NCBI GenBank assembly: GCA_965649765.1
Contig: OZ287753.1
Location: forward strand, 68,262,001-68,326,000
DNA from: Bispira polyomma
Lineage: Eukaryota
DNA: 64,000 nt
Direction of reading: 5' to 3'
Below the pieces are notes generated by a model. The model was not told the DNA's origin and did no database searches. It was given only the letters and a program-made list of their open reading frames with translations. Made by a program: the position numbers and the translations under genes. This document shows positions 40,565 to 53,489 of this stretch, piece by piece; position 1 is the stretch's first letter, and every line of letters begins with the position of its first letter.

Positions 40565-41095
40565 TAACTAATTGGATCTGATGCCTTCTCTGTTACAGCA
40601 CCTGGAACAATTTACCTGCCAATATCAGGTAGCCGCGGTGGCCTAGTGGTTGGCAAGCATTGCGCTTTACAATCACTGGTCTCCCACCTCTGGGCGGCAT
40701 GAGTTCGAGTCCCGTCAATGCCTATGTGGGAAAGGTGGTAGTTCCTTACTGTGGGTCACTGGTTTCAGTGCAGAACCTTGATCAACTGTATGCAGTGTTT
40801 CCTCCAGCATTTCCAACTACCCCTCCCAATATAACCTAAACAGGTACTAGAGTGGACGTTAAATATCCAAATTCAAAAACCAGCCAATATCAGATGCCAG
40901 AGTACCCTATTTGATTTCTAAAGCAAACTGAAAACTTCCCCGTTCAATCTTGCTTACCCTCAGTTGTAAGTTTTCTCATCCAAGTCACCTCCACAATCAA
41001 AAACTTGCTTTGGAAAAGGACTCTGATTTTCACCACTTTGTCAACGATGTTGCACTTCAGAAGATGTCTGGCATTAATCGGGCGTGTTAAAATTG
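40565..41095 (+). mobile_element. L2 LINE 3' end interrupted by SINE A; carries the tail shared with families C and D
   Basis: GSDAFSVTAP..WNNLPANIR|CQSTLFDF*SKLKT..AYP, then GTTGCACTTCAGAAGATGTCTGGCATTAATCGGGCGTGTTAAAA. Confidence 0.85.
40629..40879 (+). mobile_element. SINE family A, copy 4
   Basis: TSD GCCAATATCAG at 40618-40628 and 40883-40893. Confidence 0.93.
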
Positions 41096-41599
41096 AGTTT
41101 TGGTAAATAGTTGAGGATATTTATGGTGTTAGCCTGAACTTTTGTACAAATTTGCATTATGATCATATACCTGAACACCAGCGGTATATTAAGACTATCA
41201 CTATGGATACAACTGTTTGCTGATGATTACGCTACGGTCATACTTGAATACTGCAGTACGACTATTAAAGGTTAAACCAATGGCAGTGTTAAGAATTAAT
41301 GAATTTGTCTGAATTCACTGCATGACTATGGAGGTTTTAAACATGGAGCAAACGTGAATAGCGACAAATATATTTACGGATGTACAATGGAATCTAAGGT
41401 TTAATCCAAAGTTTTCCACATTATTTATCACCAGTGTTTCAATTCAGGTGTTTCCATCACTCTGAGCATTCTTTATGTGACATAGGCTTTAGAATTTACC
41501 GAACATCCACTGCTACGAAAGTCCAAAACTTAGATTATCATTAAGGTTGGAGGGCAATAATTGTTAATAATAATAATACAGTACACATCTAATGACTTG

Positions 41600-42090
41600 T
41601 GGTCTGTCATGGGCTAGAGGTTAGTGAATTGATCCACTGATAAGAATGTCCCTGGTTCGACTTCTGTGATTTTGAATTGGGATATTTTACGTCCACTCTA
41701 GTACCTGTTTAGGTTATATTGGGACGGGTAGTTGGAAACTCTAAAGGAAACACTGCATACAGAACAAAGTTTCTGCACTGAAACCAGCGGCCCACAGTAA
41801 GGAACTACCACCTTACCCACAAAGGCATCGACGGGATTCGAACTCACGCCGCCCAGAGGTGAGAGACCAGTGATTGTGAAGTGCAATGCTTGCTAACCAC
41901 TAGGCCACCGCAGCCTCATTCGACTTCTGTGAATGCCACTAGGTTCATTGGTTGGATAACATACTTTCACAAGATGTGAACACACCATTGCCTACTGATG
42001 GCGACCCAGGCTATGTAGTAGGTTACATCAGGTTGTTGTGCTTTAGAAGATGCCTGGCATCAATATTAAATAAAACACGTTAAAAATATA
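41600..42090 (+). mobile_element. SINE family C interrupted by SINE A
   Basis: tRNA head with GGTTCGAC, family C body after 41933, and the GCTTTAGAAGATGCCTGGCATCAAT tail. Confidence 0.82.
41670..41917 (-). mobile_element. SINE family A, copy 5
   Basis: Perfect 14-bp TSD TTCGACTTCTGTGA at 41656-41669 and 41919-41932. Confidence 0.94.
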
Positions 42091-43989
42091 AAATTCACTA
42101 CGATAATGTGTGCAGTCACAAAGAATAAAACACCTAACTGGAATTTGTTTCCATTATTGTGGGTAGTATACTTGTTTCGTAACAATAATGACCTGGTTTC
42201 AATCCCATGGAATCTTCCTTTTTTTAACATGCATTCTGCCCATGAATATTTAAGGGATCTATCGTTGTACCATAGAAGCTGCTCTATATATATATAACTG
42301 ATATTATTAAGCACTACAATGTCTGATTATGAGATCCATCCTCTAGAGGCAAAAGGATTTGCTGATACGGTTATGTTCAGTACAAAACTTTAGTGCCACA
42401 AACATAGTTGTATTTTCCCGCATGCCTTTTGTTAAGAAGTAATAGACAATACCTATTATGAAACATTAGTTAGCTGTATAAATAGGTGTCCAGAATACCA
42501 TAGTGTGATCCACTCATAACTCTTAATTGTTATTCTGGCCTATTTTTTTTTTTTTTTTTGTGTGTGTGTGGGGTGGGGTGGGGGTGGGGGGTTGTCAAAT
42601 TTTCTGTTGCCTGAAAAAGGCAGGGAATTGGAACTAAAAGATGTTAAATCTGGAATAACAAGACTCTGCCACTTTAACTGGCTATTTTCGTCTGACTGTA
42701 TTGGCTTTAAATGCGGCCAATTTGCATAATGTGGATGTATTTGTGTTTTGCGGCACGAGATGTCATTTTTTGATGTATGGTGTGTATATGTATTATATAT
42801 AGTTTTAAAAAAGGGGGAAACCATAGATATTGTAGAGGGGTGTACAAATATAACATTTAACTGACTATTAATAAAAAAAAAACCCTGTTTGTAATTATAT
42901 CGAAAACAGGAGTTCTGGGCTCTACTTTTTGTATAATATTACCCAAAATGTTTGGAAACCATCTTCAGTCACCCTTAATTTCAATAAAGTTTTTTTTTAA
43001 CACCATATGTAAAACAAAATAAAAAAAAGTAGCATATACTGAGCACCAAACGGAAACATAAACTCGACACAAGGCGTCTTTACTGGATCCCCACATAAAG
43101 AACTGTGTTATTTCATTTAAAACGACTGCTTATGTACAGTGTATTGTATATATATAGTCACCACTAGAATAGAAGGGTCATAAAACCAGAATTGGAACCC
43201 CCTTAAAAAACGCCGATTACTGGGGGGGACTACCACACAAGTGGCGGCCCCTGCATCAGCACGCGTCGATGAGCTTCGTTTTCTTCTCCCCACCAACCAC
43301 CGAAAAACGACCTCCCTTCAATAGAACGTTATAATTTCTTCGCCACTGGGCGATATTTGATATTTTAACTAGTGTGTGTCTGCAGACGACAATGCGTTTT
43401 CTTTTTTTACTGTAACACCCTTTTTTTGTGCGTGTTTGTATCAAAGATTTAGTGCCACAAAGTTAAGAAAGATAAATTTGTAAATAAATATTTTTTTTTA
43501 ATTCATTCTTTTTTGATGTGTTAAATGTCTGTGTTCCGAGGGCTTTTAAAAAAAACTTTTTTTAATATTTCAGATTTTTTTTAAAACTTAAATAAGGACC
43601 CTATGTGTCTGTATGGACCAGTTCTTCAGTGATATGTTACGACATGTATTTGAGTTTTGTTGTTGGGTTGTTGGTTTTTATACACAGTGCCAGACGATAT
43701 GTCTGAGACCTCTATTAAGAATATACAGAGTTTTTGAAATTACAAAATATTCAATCTGAATATACATGTAACTTGTATGTTATCGTTTATACTGTGTACT
43801 CTTCCGGTAAATAGTTTGTCTCTTTCCGGTTGTATCAGTTATGTCCAACATCATATTCATGTAATTTTTTTCTACGAGTAGAAAATCAAAATTATTATTA
43901 TTATTAAAATAAGAAATCAAACTACAGCTTTCTTCTTATGTATTTGTATATCTATGGCAGTGACTGGGAATATGCACTATGCCATGCTT

Positions 43990-44125
43990 TGCTTTTTATT
44001 ATTTTATTTATTTATTATAGTGACATGCACTATAATGACAACAACATAAAACACAGTTATATCAAAATTGCCCAGCCCCAATGATCTTATAAGTCACTTT
44101 CACATTTTGATATTAATAGCTATTG
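43990..44125 (-). mobile_element. Retroposon 3' UTR fragment with (TAAA)n tail
   Basis: Reverse complement matches 55150-55280 and 63895-64000. Confidence 0.7.
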
Positions 44126-44139
44126 CTATGATTCTTTCC

Positions 44140-44410
44140 TGGCCACTGTATCTGTCGCTTAGAATGTTGGATTCAAAGTGCTATTGATCATTTCCGTTGT
44201 TTAAAATCGTAGTCCACAGACCAGCGAGACATCAGGAGAACATAGTAACTTCGGAGGTAACCAAGGTTAACTAAAAGCTTGGTTGAATAAAAAAAGATTT
44301 GAGGGTTTTTTTTTCAGAAAACTGAGATGGATGAACTGATAATCTAATATTTAGAGGAAGGCAATTCTACAAAAGCTGGTATTGTGAGAAAGGAATGATT
44401 TCATAATAGC
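44140..44410 (-). mobile_element. L2 LINE 3' end
   Basis: Reverse complement reads NCLPLNIR..KTLKS..FNQAFS* (frameshifted), with tail GCACTTTGAATCC..AAGCGA. Confidence 0.65.
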
Positions 44411-45183
44411 ACTAATGACCTAGGTTCGTTCAATCCCTTGGATTGAAACTATATAAAATGAGTAAATTCTATATTCTAAGAATATACAGAGTTTTAGTCA
44501 CTATATTCTGCATACTACACCAGACTTCATGACAAAGAAGACAGCTTAGAAGATCAACAGAAACAAGTCAGTAAGATGGTTCTTGGTAGGACAGCGTTAA
44601 AAACTACTGTGAAAAGATATTCTTTATTATATTTAATGCAATCTAGTACTTTTTAGACCCTACTTTTAATTCTTCCCTGTATGAAATTCCTCCAAACTCC
44701 ATAGCATCCTAATGATAGACAAAATTCATAATAAAAGGGGCATTCACCAGAGTCGTCAACAACATTAGCATTCAGCCAAGGGAATAGTAGGGCTATGTTG
44801 GAAAAGGTGCAAAGTATAAGACTCAGATGGTTTCTGACAGAGTGAATACTACTCTTTGTTGTCGTGATGTGGATGTGTGAAAATATTCCAAAGAGAATGA
44901 CCACTATTTTATATATACTCAGTCTATAATAGTATAAGAGATTCTCTCCCCTAAACTACTGTGTAGTATCTTCCTACATTCTGAGATTCAAAGTGCAGAC
45001 TTATTGTTTTGAACTACAAATACAGCCAACCATGACCAGTAACTAAAGACACATAGGCTTCAGAATGACCCTTTATCAAGGTCACCAAGGTTTATTTGGG
45101 TCTCAAGTTAAAAATGGACCATCATTTTGATTTTCTCATCCAAGCCACTATGTATCTGCCTTAGTATGTATCTGTAGTCTATG

Positions 45184-45950
45184 TATGCTCTAGGCTTGGA
45201 TTTAAAACCGGCTCTTCTACACTCCAACGCAAGTATGTCACCCACTTAGGCCAAACAGTGTGGCAAGGAAACTTGTGTTGGAAGATATTTTACTTGAGCA
45301 GATAACTCACTTAGATGCTTCCTGAATTGTGGGGTTTTTCTATCAGTACTTTATTTTTCGTCCAAGCAAGATACAAGTACAGTAAAAAAAACTTACACTT
45401 CTATATCATTAGTCTTATGTCACCAATTGAACTCTTTGGGCCATTTCAAAACAGCCCATAGCCATTTCCCACAGAATGTGGTGAGAAACAAGCCCTTATT
45501 ATTGTTGTTTAAATTGTTTACAAACACCAATACATCTCTAGAGAAACTATTACAGGTAATATAAAGTATAGTGAATGCTTTATAAAACCAATTATTTCTC
45601 CTTTCAACAGATTTTTTTTTCAGTTTCTGGAGACCATTAATTTTGCTTTTAAATGGTGAGACCACCACGCCCCCTTTTTCACATGCCCTAGTGCTGTTAT
45701 AACAGACTGTGACAGAAGCTGGTCATACAATACAAATTCAATCTAATTCTTGCAATAGAGAGAAGACCGTAACAAAAGCAAATACTTACAACTAAACTGA
45801 CACAAACAATAACATCATTTACCAAACCCTCCTGTTACAGGTTAACTTGCCATCTGTCTGGTGAGATATGGTAAGTTTCTTGGTGGGGCCAGACATTTAA
45901 CCATTTGTATTTTGTAGCCCAATCTATTAACACAACCTGAATACAAGACA
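45184..45950 (-). repeat. Inverted copy of 37886-38654
   Basis: About 770 bp collinear reverse complement, including a tRNA-like head at its end. Confidence 0.95.
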
Positions 45951-47378
45951 GCCAGTTTTCATAAATTTGAGATGTCACCCATTTCAACCCAGCTTGATAT
46001 ATATATTGATATATATCTATATATGTTATTGTCACAACATTAACACCCTAACATGATAAATTACATTTCTAAATTAATTTCATCTTTGATTAACTCTAAA
46101 TTGAAAGTTTCTATTTCAATGTTGTATGTGGTGGGGTGTGTTTTTGTGTGTTTTTTTATATAACACACGAAGTGGCATTTCACACATAGGAAAAAAATAT
46201 AATCCCTCCATTTCTGAGGTACATTTAAAAACTAATTTAAAAGAATGATTAATAAAAGAATTTAAATTTATTTACGACTTTTATATTATTCCTTTTTTTT
46301 AATTCCAAGCTATTATCTGTGAAAGGGAAAGTGTCAACTGGTGATAAAGCGAGCTGAACTCTTTCACCATCTCTGATATCTACAAACTTTTCACTTAAAC
46401 TCTACATTAAGCATGGATTTTAAAAGGAAACACTGTAACTGGTAGACAATGTATTGAGGTTGTTTTGTATATGGCATTAAATTATCTAGTAATATTATAT
46501 TGAATTCAAATAAAATTAGCTGGTTTATATTACATAAATTTTGCAAGTATATCATATTTGATGGTGATATCACATTTCGATGTGTTTAGAAATTAGAGGC
46601 CTGTGGGTTTGCTATAGATATTCAAATTAAACAGACAGTAACGTCTGAAAAGTTGAGAGGCCACCCAGAGGTGTAAGACCAGTGAAGGAGTAATGAAAAT
46701 TAAAGCATTTGATAGCATATTCAGCCAGTGTGATGAATGTGTAGGACAAGGTATTAGGTTGAAGTAACTAAGTATTCCAGAAAAGAGAACAAGACATCCA
46801 GTGTCAAAGGTCTTACTTAGGTCGCACTTTGCAACAGAATGCCTTCGACTAAAGGCCAAAGTTGTCCATAAATAGTGAATCTCAGTTGAAATTGATGAAT
46901 ACTATATTCAAAGTTTGAAGTTTAACAAACTGTAAAATCGGTAATACGAAGATGGCCTAAGACAAATCAATCAGTGCGGTGTGACAGTTTAATTTAAAAG
47001 CCACAAAAGTCGACTTGATAAGAAGAATGGGAAAGTTTGAAGCACTAGGTTAATACTTCCCGACCATGGAAGGTTGACACTAAGGTTCTAGTGTTACACA
47101 ATGTTAGATTGTCATATACATCAGTTACTCTTTTACCAGAAGAAAAAAAAAATAAAAATTAGCAAATATCACAATGAAAAAAAAATAACCGTAAGGGAAT
47201 ATGAGCTTTACTCCCGGCGATATTATCCTCAGGGGAGATTTAAACGTTCAGTAAATCCCCTTTTCCCTCTAGACACTCATTGATGGGGCTTAATATGCCT
47301 GTATAATGTACATGGGGGCGGAGAAACCTGGGCTAGTAAGGTAGTAAAACATGTCTTTAGGGGTCAGATCATTTTATA

Positions 47379-47542
47379 NNNNNNNNNNNNNNNNNNNNNN
47401 NNNNNNNNNNNNNNNNNNNNNNNNNNNNNNNNNNNNNNNNNNNNNNNNNNNNNNNNNNNNNNNNNNNNNNNNNNNNNNNNNNNNNNNNNNNNNNNNNNNN
47501 NNNNNNNNNNNNNNNNNNNNNNNNNNNNNNNNNNNNNNNNNN
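47379..47542. other. Assembly gap (164 N)
   Basis: Seen directly. Confidence 1.
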
Positions 47543-47871
47543 CAATAGGGCTTAATTGTTTTGGGCGTGACACCCTTCCTGTAAATTCAGTTTTTCCAAT
47601 ATATGAGAGAGATAAACATGTAATTGGCGAGTCTTACAAAGTCAATGGGTAGGGATTGTTCTTGATATCACAAAATGAAGAAATAGTGACCCCCCCCCCC
47701 CCCTCTCCCCCACCCCGTTACTTTCTTTAAAAGAAAAGGCATGATGCGATATGACGAAACATGAGCAGCTTATGAGGGACATTGATTTCCAGCTGGTAAA
47801 TATACGATAATGAGGTGAACTCAATCTGCAGGGACACCACCCATTTACTGGGGGTTTATATGTATGTTATA

Positions 47872-47902
<31 letters not shown>

Positions 47903-49454
47903 GGAAGTATGTCATATTTATCTCCCCTCGAGTGTCTGTGGCGACTAGATTTAATTGCTAGCACGTCGGCTAATCACCGGTTCTGTGTTGCAACAAATTG
48001 GCCGCCATTGTTCTGGGTCTTGGAGGGCGATATTAGATTACACTTGGCATGTGGCGGCTAACGTGACATAAGTGTTGGATTTTACACCAGGAGATACACT
48101 GTTATTATCTCAAGTATTTGATGGCTGATGTATTGTAGAGGGGCTGGGGGACAGGGGTGGGGGTGTTGGACTTTCCGACCTGTGTTTCGGGCAAGGTTGA
48201 CCCCGTATCATGTGTTTTTGTATCGCGGTAGAACACCCAATAAAAACTTTCGTTTTTTTTTTAAAGAAAAGATTTGGTCTTAAACTTGAAGAAACTACAG
48301 GTACTAGCAAGAGTTAAAGTTGGCAGTGTAAAGTGGCTAACGGGTTTAAACAATATGTATGAGACGTATACTAATGACATTGATAGATTGTGAAACAAAA
48401 TACATAAATGTATATGACAAATAAATAAATATAATACATGTATTGTAATGTATTCTAATGTTTACCCCGAAACTAGAAATCTAACAACATCTGGTTTGAA
48501 ATTTTAAAACGTGAAATTTTGGAAGACTTACATCTTATTAAAAGTACCCATGACAAAAAAAAAAACAGCATCCATGTTAAACTAACCGCCATCTATCAAC
48601 TTTAGTTAAATTATATTTTAACATAACTGTTATATGACGTGGAGACTAAGCCACAAATTAAGATTTATTAATAGTCACAACTTCAACATTAAATGATTCA
48701 TTCTAAGTTTAACTTACAGTAGAAATACATTTATATGTACAGTTCTTAGTTTCAGTTTGACTTAAAGTTTGTCAGTATGTCACACAGACATATTCACATA
48801 TCAGTATCTGGCAGGTCACCTCAATCACTTGGCAGTGTTAATTACCTTGAGAAGGTGAGATTTATTCACCCACCTACACAGGGGGGACACATATATAACG
48901 GTCAGAGGTAGGGGAAAGAGACAATTTATTGGCCCTGGACACGAACGTAATATTATGTACTAGTTTGAAGCTTACATCGGTAAAATCTATGTGTCTAAGT
49001 TATTGATGTTTTACCTTTAAAAGTGAAATTAAAGTTCTTAAAATACTAAATTGTGTTCTTCTGTTGTGGTGATTTATGTAACATTTGTAAACTTTGAATT
49101 AACAAACCCAAATATTTATGCAACATTAGCACAATAGTTTTGGTATCTCAATAACTTATATAATAGTATATATGTATTTTGTTTTTTCATTTAAGCCTGA
49201 AAAGCAAACTGAAACAAAATAACATATTTTAGAGGTTTGACTGATGATTATAAAGAGAGTGTGTGTGTGTGTGTGTTCAATATTGATTCAAAGATGATTT
49301 ATTAGCATTCTTCTTCATTAAGTATAAAACTTCTAAAACCTTTGGAAACAGGTTATCAAAATGAAATGTGTAAAATATTCAGTAGATCTCGAGAGTAATT
49401 GTATTTAATTAAACCTTAATGAAGATGCATTGGTACATTATCAGTTTTTGCTGT

Positions 49455-49780
49455 TGCTTTTTCATCAATCTCAGGGTCTATAACAAACCTTTAACACCTC
49501 TCCTCTCCAAGTGTAAACTTGTATATCAAAGATGTATCAATATTGTATGCTGATGACACACTCAAATCTAGCTAATTCTAAAGCTTTACTTAAATTTGTA
49601 TTTCCCTCCCTAAAGCTCTAGAGCAATCCAGACTGCTTCTTTAACTAGCCATATTGACTTCTACAGTACTGTATGAATAACCATAGCAAAAATAAATAAA
49701 ATGATCTATACTGTTGGTAATTACACGACAGAGAAGCTATAATATTACAGGTAAAAATATAATTTTGACCATAAAAGAAT
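49455..49780 (+). mobile_element. Decayed non-LTR RT core fragment (CR1/L2-like)
   Basis: 49531-49563 reads DVSILYADDTL, the catalytic YADD motif. An FIN codon run lies upstream. Confidence 0.55.
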
Positions 49781-51140
49781 ATTGTTGGGTTTGTTTTATA
49801 GGCTAAATACCACAGACTTACCCATATTGAACCCTGTGTACTTATTTGTGTATGTTACCTCTGCTTAAGCCTACATGTTAATGGATGTGTATATGCCTAA
49901 AGTGTGGATAAAATTATAATAAATGTATCAAATGTGTTCTCCATGTTAGCTTTACTTTCGCCTTTGACCAGCAGTTGACCTCACCTACCATCATCTTCTC
50001 CCTAACTTCACTTTCACCTTTGACCTTTGGTTTGACCTTGTTTAAATTATCTTCATGCCATCGCCTAACCCGACTGTTGTAGAAATATGTTGTTGAACAA
50101 CAAAAATTGAAATACAGGTACTTAGGCTTAAGTTTATGTGTATTTGTGTAACTGTCACCTTAACTTCATGAGCAGTGACGAATAAGCCCAATAGAGCTAG
50201 GTATGTATCGTATATTTACTATATTGTTTTGGTAATTTACATGTGTATACTGTGTCACTTTAATGAATAAATAATATATAACAATTGTGTACATTTTTGT
50301 AAACATCACAAAGGTGGCTTGTAATTGATATGTGTATATATTTTATTTCAAAGTACTAATATATATTTTCACACTCTGCCGTTATGATAACCTCTTTACC
50401 AATAACACTTTCCTCTCGACATTAAAATAAATTCTGCCCTCTATAATACATGAATATATGTGTAGGTATAAATTATTCTAACTGTAGCTAATAGGGTCAA
50501 CCACCCTGGGTTTTTTTCCATTTATTCCTGCCTCGCCTCAACCTCCCAATACCTCCAAGTCTTCATCTATATTTAATAATTATAAACATCTGTTTTCCTC
50601 CAGAGCTGTCCCAATTAAACCAGTGCAAAAGTTGTATTGACACTGATTTAAAACCCGTAAAAATAACATCCATGATCAGTTCTTTGAGAGATGCAACTGG
50701 CAGGGAGTTTTTGATAATTAATATTTCGAGCCCTCCCTTTTATAATGCCATGTTGTGGTTTAATTTTCTGGGACGTGTCAAGAGTGGATAAACAAGGGAT
50801 ACTTAGTTTAATAGACAGCATATCTCTAGATAATCACCTCTGGGCTGCTCTATGTTTTAGGGGGGTGAGGTAGCAATCTAGCCGGGAGGGAGGTAGGGCT
50901 AGCAGTCTGGGTTATCATCTTTAAATGTAATTTAAGATAGCCATCTTAATGTCCTAACTTGGCAACAAAACCAGTTCAGGTTAGGAATGCCTCCCACTTC
51001 CCCCATTTCATAATAATACAAATATACCAACACAACAACAAAAAACTAGCTCCCTAAAAATAGTTATCAGTACCTTAGATCAAAATTACAATCATCATTA
51101 GCATTATCAGCCTACTCATCAAATTGTGTGCATTATTTAA

Positions 51141-51456
51141 AGAGACAGGTCCATTCACTTGTAAAAAAAAAAAACTCAAACCCACTGACATATATGAAGC
51201 ATAAATTATGACCAGAGTCAGTATTTCTGCCAAAGAAACTCAAGCCCACCTTAAACTTAAAAAAAGTCACTGTAAGTCACTGCATAAAATTTAAATAAAC
51301 CTATACTTGTAACCATTCATTTTAATAGAGCTTTCAGTACCGAATTCAAATATGCAGTAACATTTTACTTAACTTTTATATAACTTTACTTAAAGTCAAA
51401 AATATGGGGGGGAACTTTTAGTTATGATTTTGAATTTGAGTTTAAGACCTGCCTCA
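51141..51456. mobile_element. TTAA-type (Kolobok-like) MITE
   Basis: TTAA|AGAGACAGGTC ... GACCTGCCTCA. Interior is homologous to 7588-7645. Confidence 0.55.
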
Positions 51457-51529
51457 TAAAATGCTGTCCCAGATACATCAAATCAACTTGATGAGATTTT
51501 GCCCGGCAGACGACATTTAGCAAAAAAAA

Positions 51530-52090
51530 AATTGCGCGCGTTTTTTGTCTTCTTCTATTTCCAACTCTCACTCGCCGAGACAATTTGAATGGATCTCTTC
51601 ACGAGAGATTAACGTTATTGAATATGAGGTAGTGGGGGAGGGGGAGAAAGTAAGGGGGCGGGGGTCTCTTAGGGAGGGGGAATGGGGGGGGGGTGTTAGT
51701 TTGACTAGATGAACATGCAGAAGATATATATATATTCTTTTCTGCATGACCACTTCAGTGAGGATGTGTGAATGGCTCTCTCTCCCCCCACCTTCCCCTT
51801 CTACCTGACAAGCCCCGGCCACCCCGGGGTGAAAAATGTCAACTTAATGACCAATATTTCGGGAAATCCGACTCCCCCAATGGAGGGCACCCCAGTAGTA
51901 ATGGGTGAAAGAAGGGCCCTGCCCCCCCCCCCCCCCCACTCTCCCCTATAAATACAAATATGCTTGCACAAATAGAGAGAGTGAATGTCCATGTATATGT
52001 CCCCAAGTGTCAACACTTTTCGGACAGTTGGTGGATGAGAGAGGTGGGGGGGCGGGGGGGGGTATTTTTAGAAAAAAAAAGAAGTTTCCC
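51530..52090. promoter_or_regulatory. GC-rich promoter-like island
   Basis: GGGGCGGGG boxes at ~51655 and ~52049, G/C tracts, and TATAAATA at 51947-51954. Confidence 0.3.
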
Positions 52091-53489
52091 ACGAAGAGCT
52101 CACTCCACTCTTTTTTATAAGCTATTATTTAAGGGTCACCTTCAGTTGTCCATGCCTTATCTGTGGACTGAGGCTTTTAGGTACAATATCTGATATAAGA
52201 ATAGAATATTATTAAGGATAATAGTATAACTTTAATTAATTGCATGAAATATTATTTAAAAGAACAATTAGGTCTGTGTGAACATCCGATAGTTTTATGT
52301 TGCTTTTATGTTACTTCAGAGTATAATTTTGGTTGACTTTTAGGTGATCATGGTTGACCTTAAGGTGACCACTCACTCTCTCTTCCTCCCGTGTTAGAGC
52401 TGTTTAACAGTGTACCTATCTGTGAATGGATACTGTAATCGTAGACATTTTAGGTGGAAAAAAGTTTTCACTAATTTACTACCATTTTTTTTAAGAAATT
52501 CACTGGAATTAATTTTGTCACTATTGACTATTCTTTATTTTTTTTAATTATACAAAAAAAAAAAAAAAAAAAAAAATTTATTATCCAAAGTTTCTTAGCT
52601 AAAATTTATTAGACAGTGAACTTTTCTAGTTCTACAGTAATAACTCAGAGGAGACAGTTCGCCTGAGGACTTGAGGTCAGACAAACAGAAAGTCTATTTT
52701 CCTTTCGGACCCCAGAGATGGCTTTTGACAAGTTTTTGACACTTGAGGGACATTCACCTCGGTTATCTCACATGAAGTCGTGTTAGTTTCAGCAGAGATA
52801 ATCAGTTGTATTCAGCTTTAAATAAGTGTGTATATCGGTGACTTGTTATTATCTACAATTGTGACAAACTCAAGTGGGTTCTTATCTATTTCTTTGGAGT
52901 AATAACCATTTTTTTTTATCTCTAACGGGTATGTCAGATGTAAAAACTAAAGCATTACAGATAAACATACAGGGTTTTAGCATTACTTATATGTATATTG
53001 GCTGACAACCCCCCTCACACAAAATCCTTTGTATGTGTCATATATACCCTTACTGGTAGATATTCTAGATTAGGGCTCTTAAGAATCTACTTCTGCAAAA
53101 TGGTCCATCCCAGAATCACCTAGGCCCAAATTATTACAGAAAATGGTCCGTCCCACAATATTTTAAGCCAGAATTTTATCACATAAATTAATCTTGAGTG
53201 GAGCATTGGATTGACTTCATCAATATAAATCTAATGATTGCAAATCTTGAAAAAGACTGAAAACTTGTGATGAATGCTTAAGTCTGTGGATTTAGTCTAT
53301 TATTTGGATCCTACAATCCCTAGACAATTAGTCATCCTGAAGGGTCCTTGTTTATTATTCACGTTTTGCCCTGTTCCTTTGGTGGCTGTTTCAGGGTGTC
53401 ACCAGGATTTCATTAACAAAAACACCACTGAACCAATTTACAAGATATTTTGGTGGCTATATGGGGTATGGGCCTTGAGGCAGTTTATA

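Noticed and set aside
44653-44904. Possible CR1/RTE-X C-terminal remnant (ECPFY)
   Set aside because: Too degenerate to support a call.
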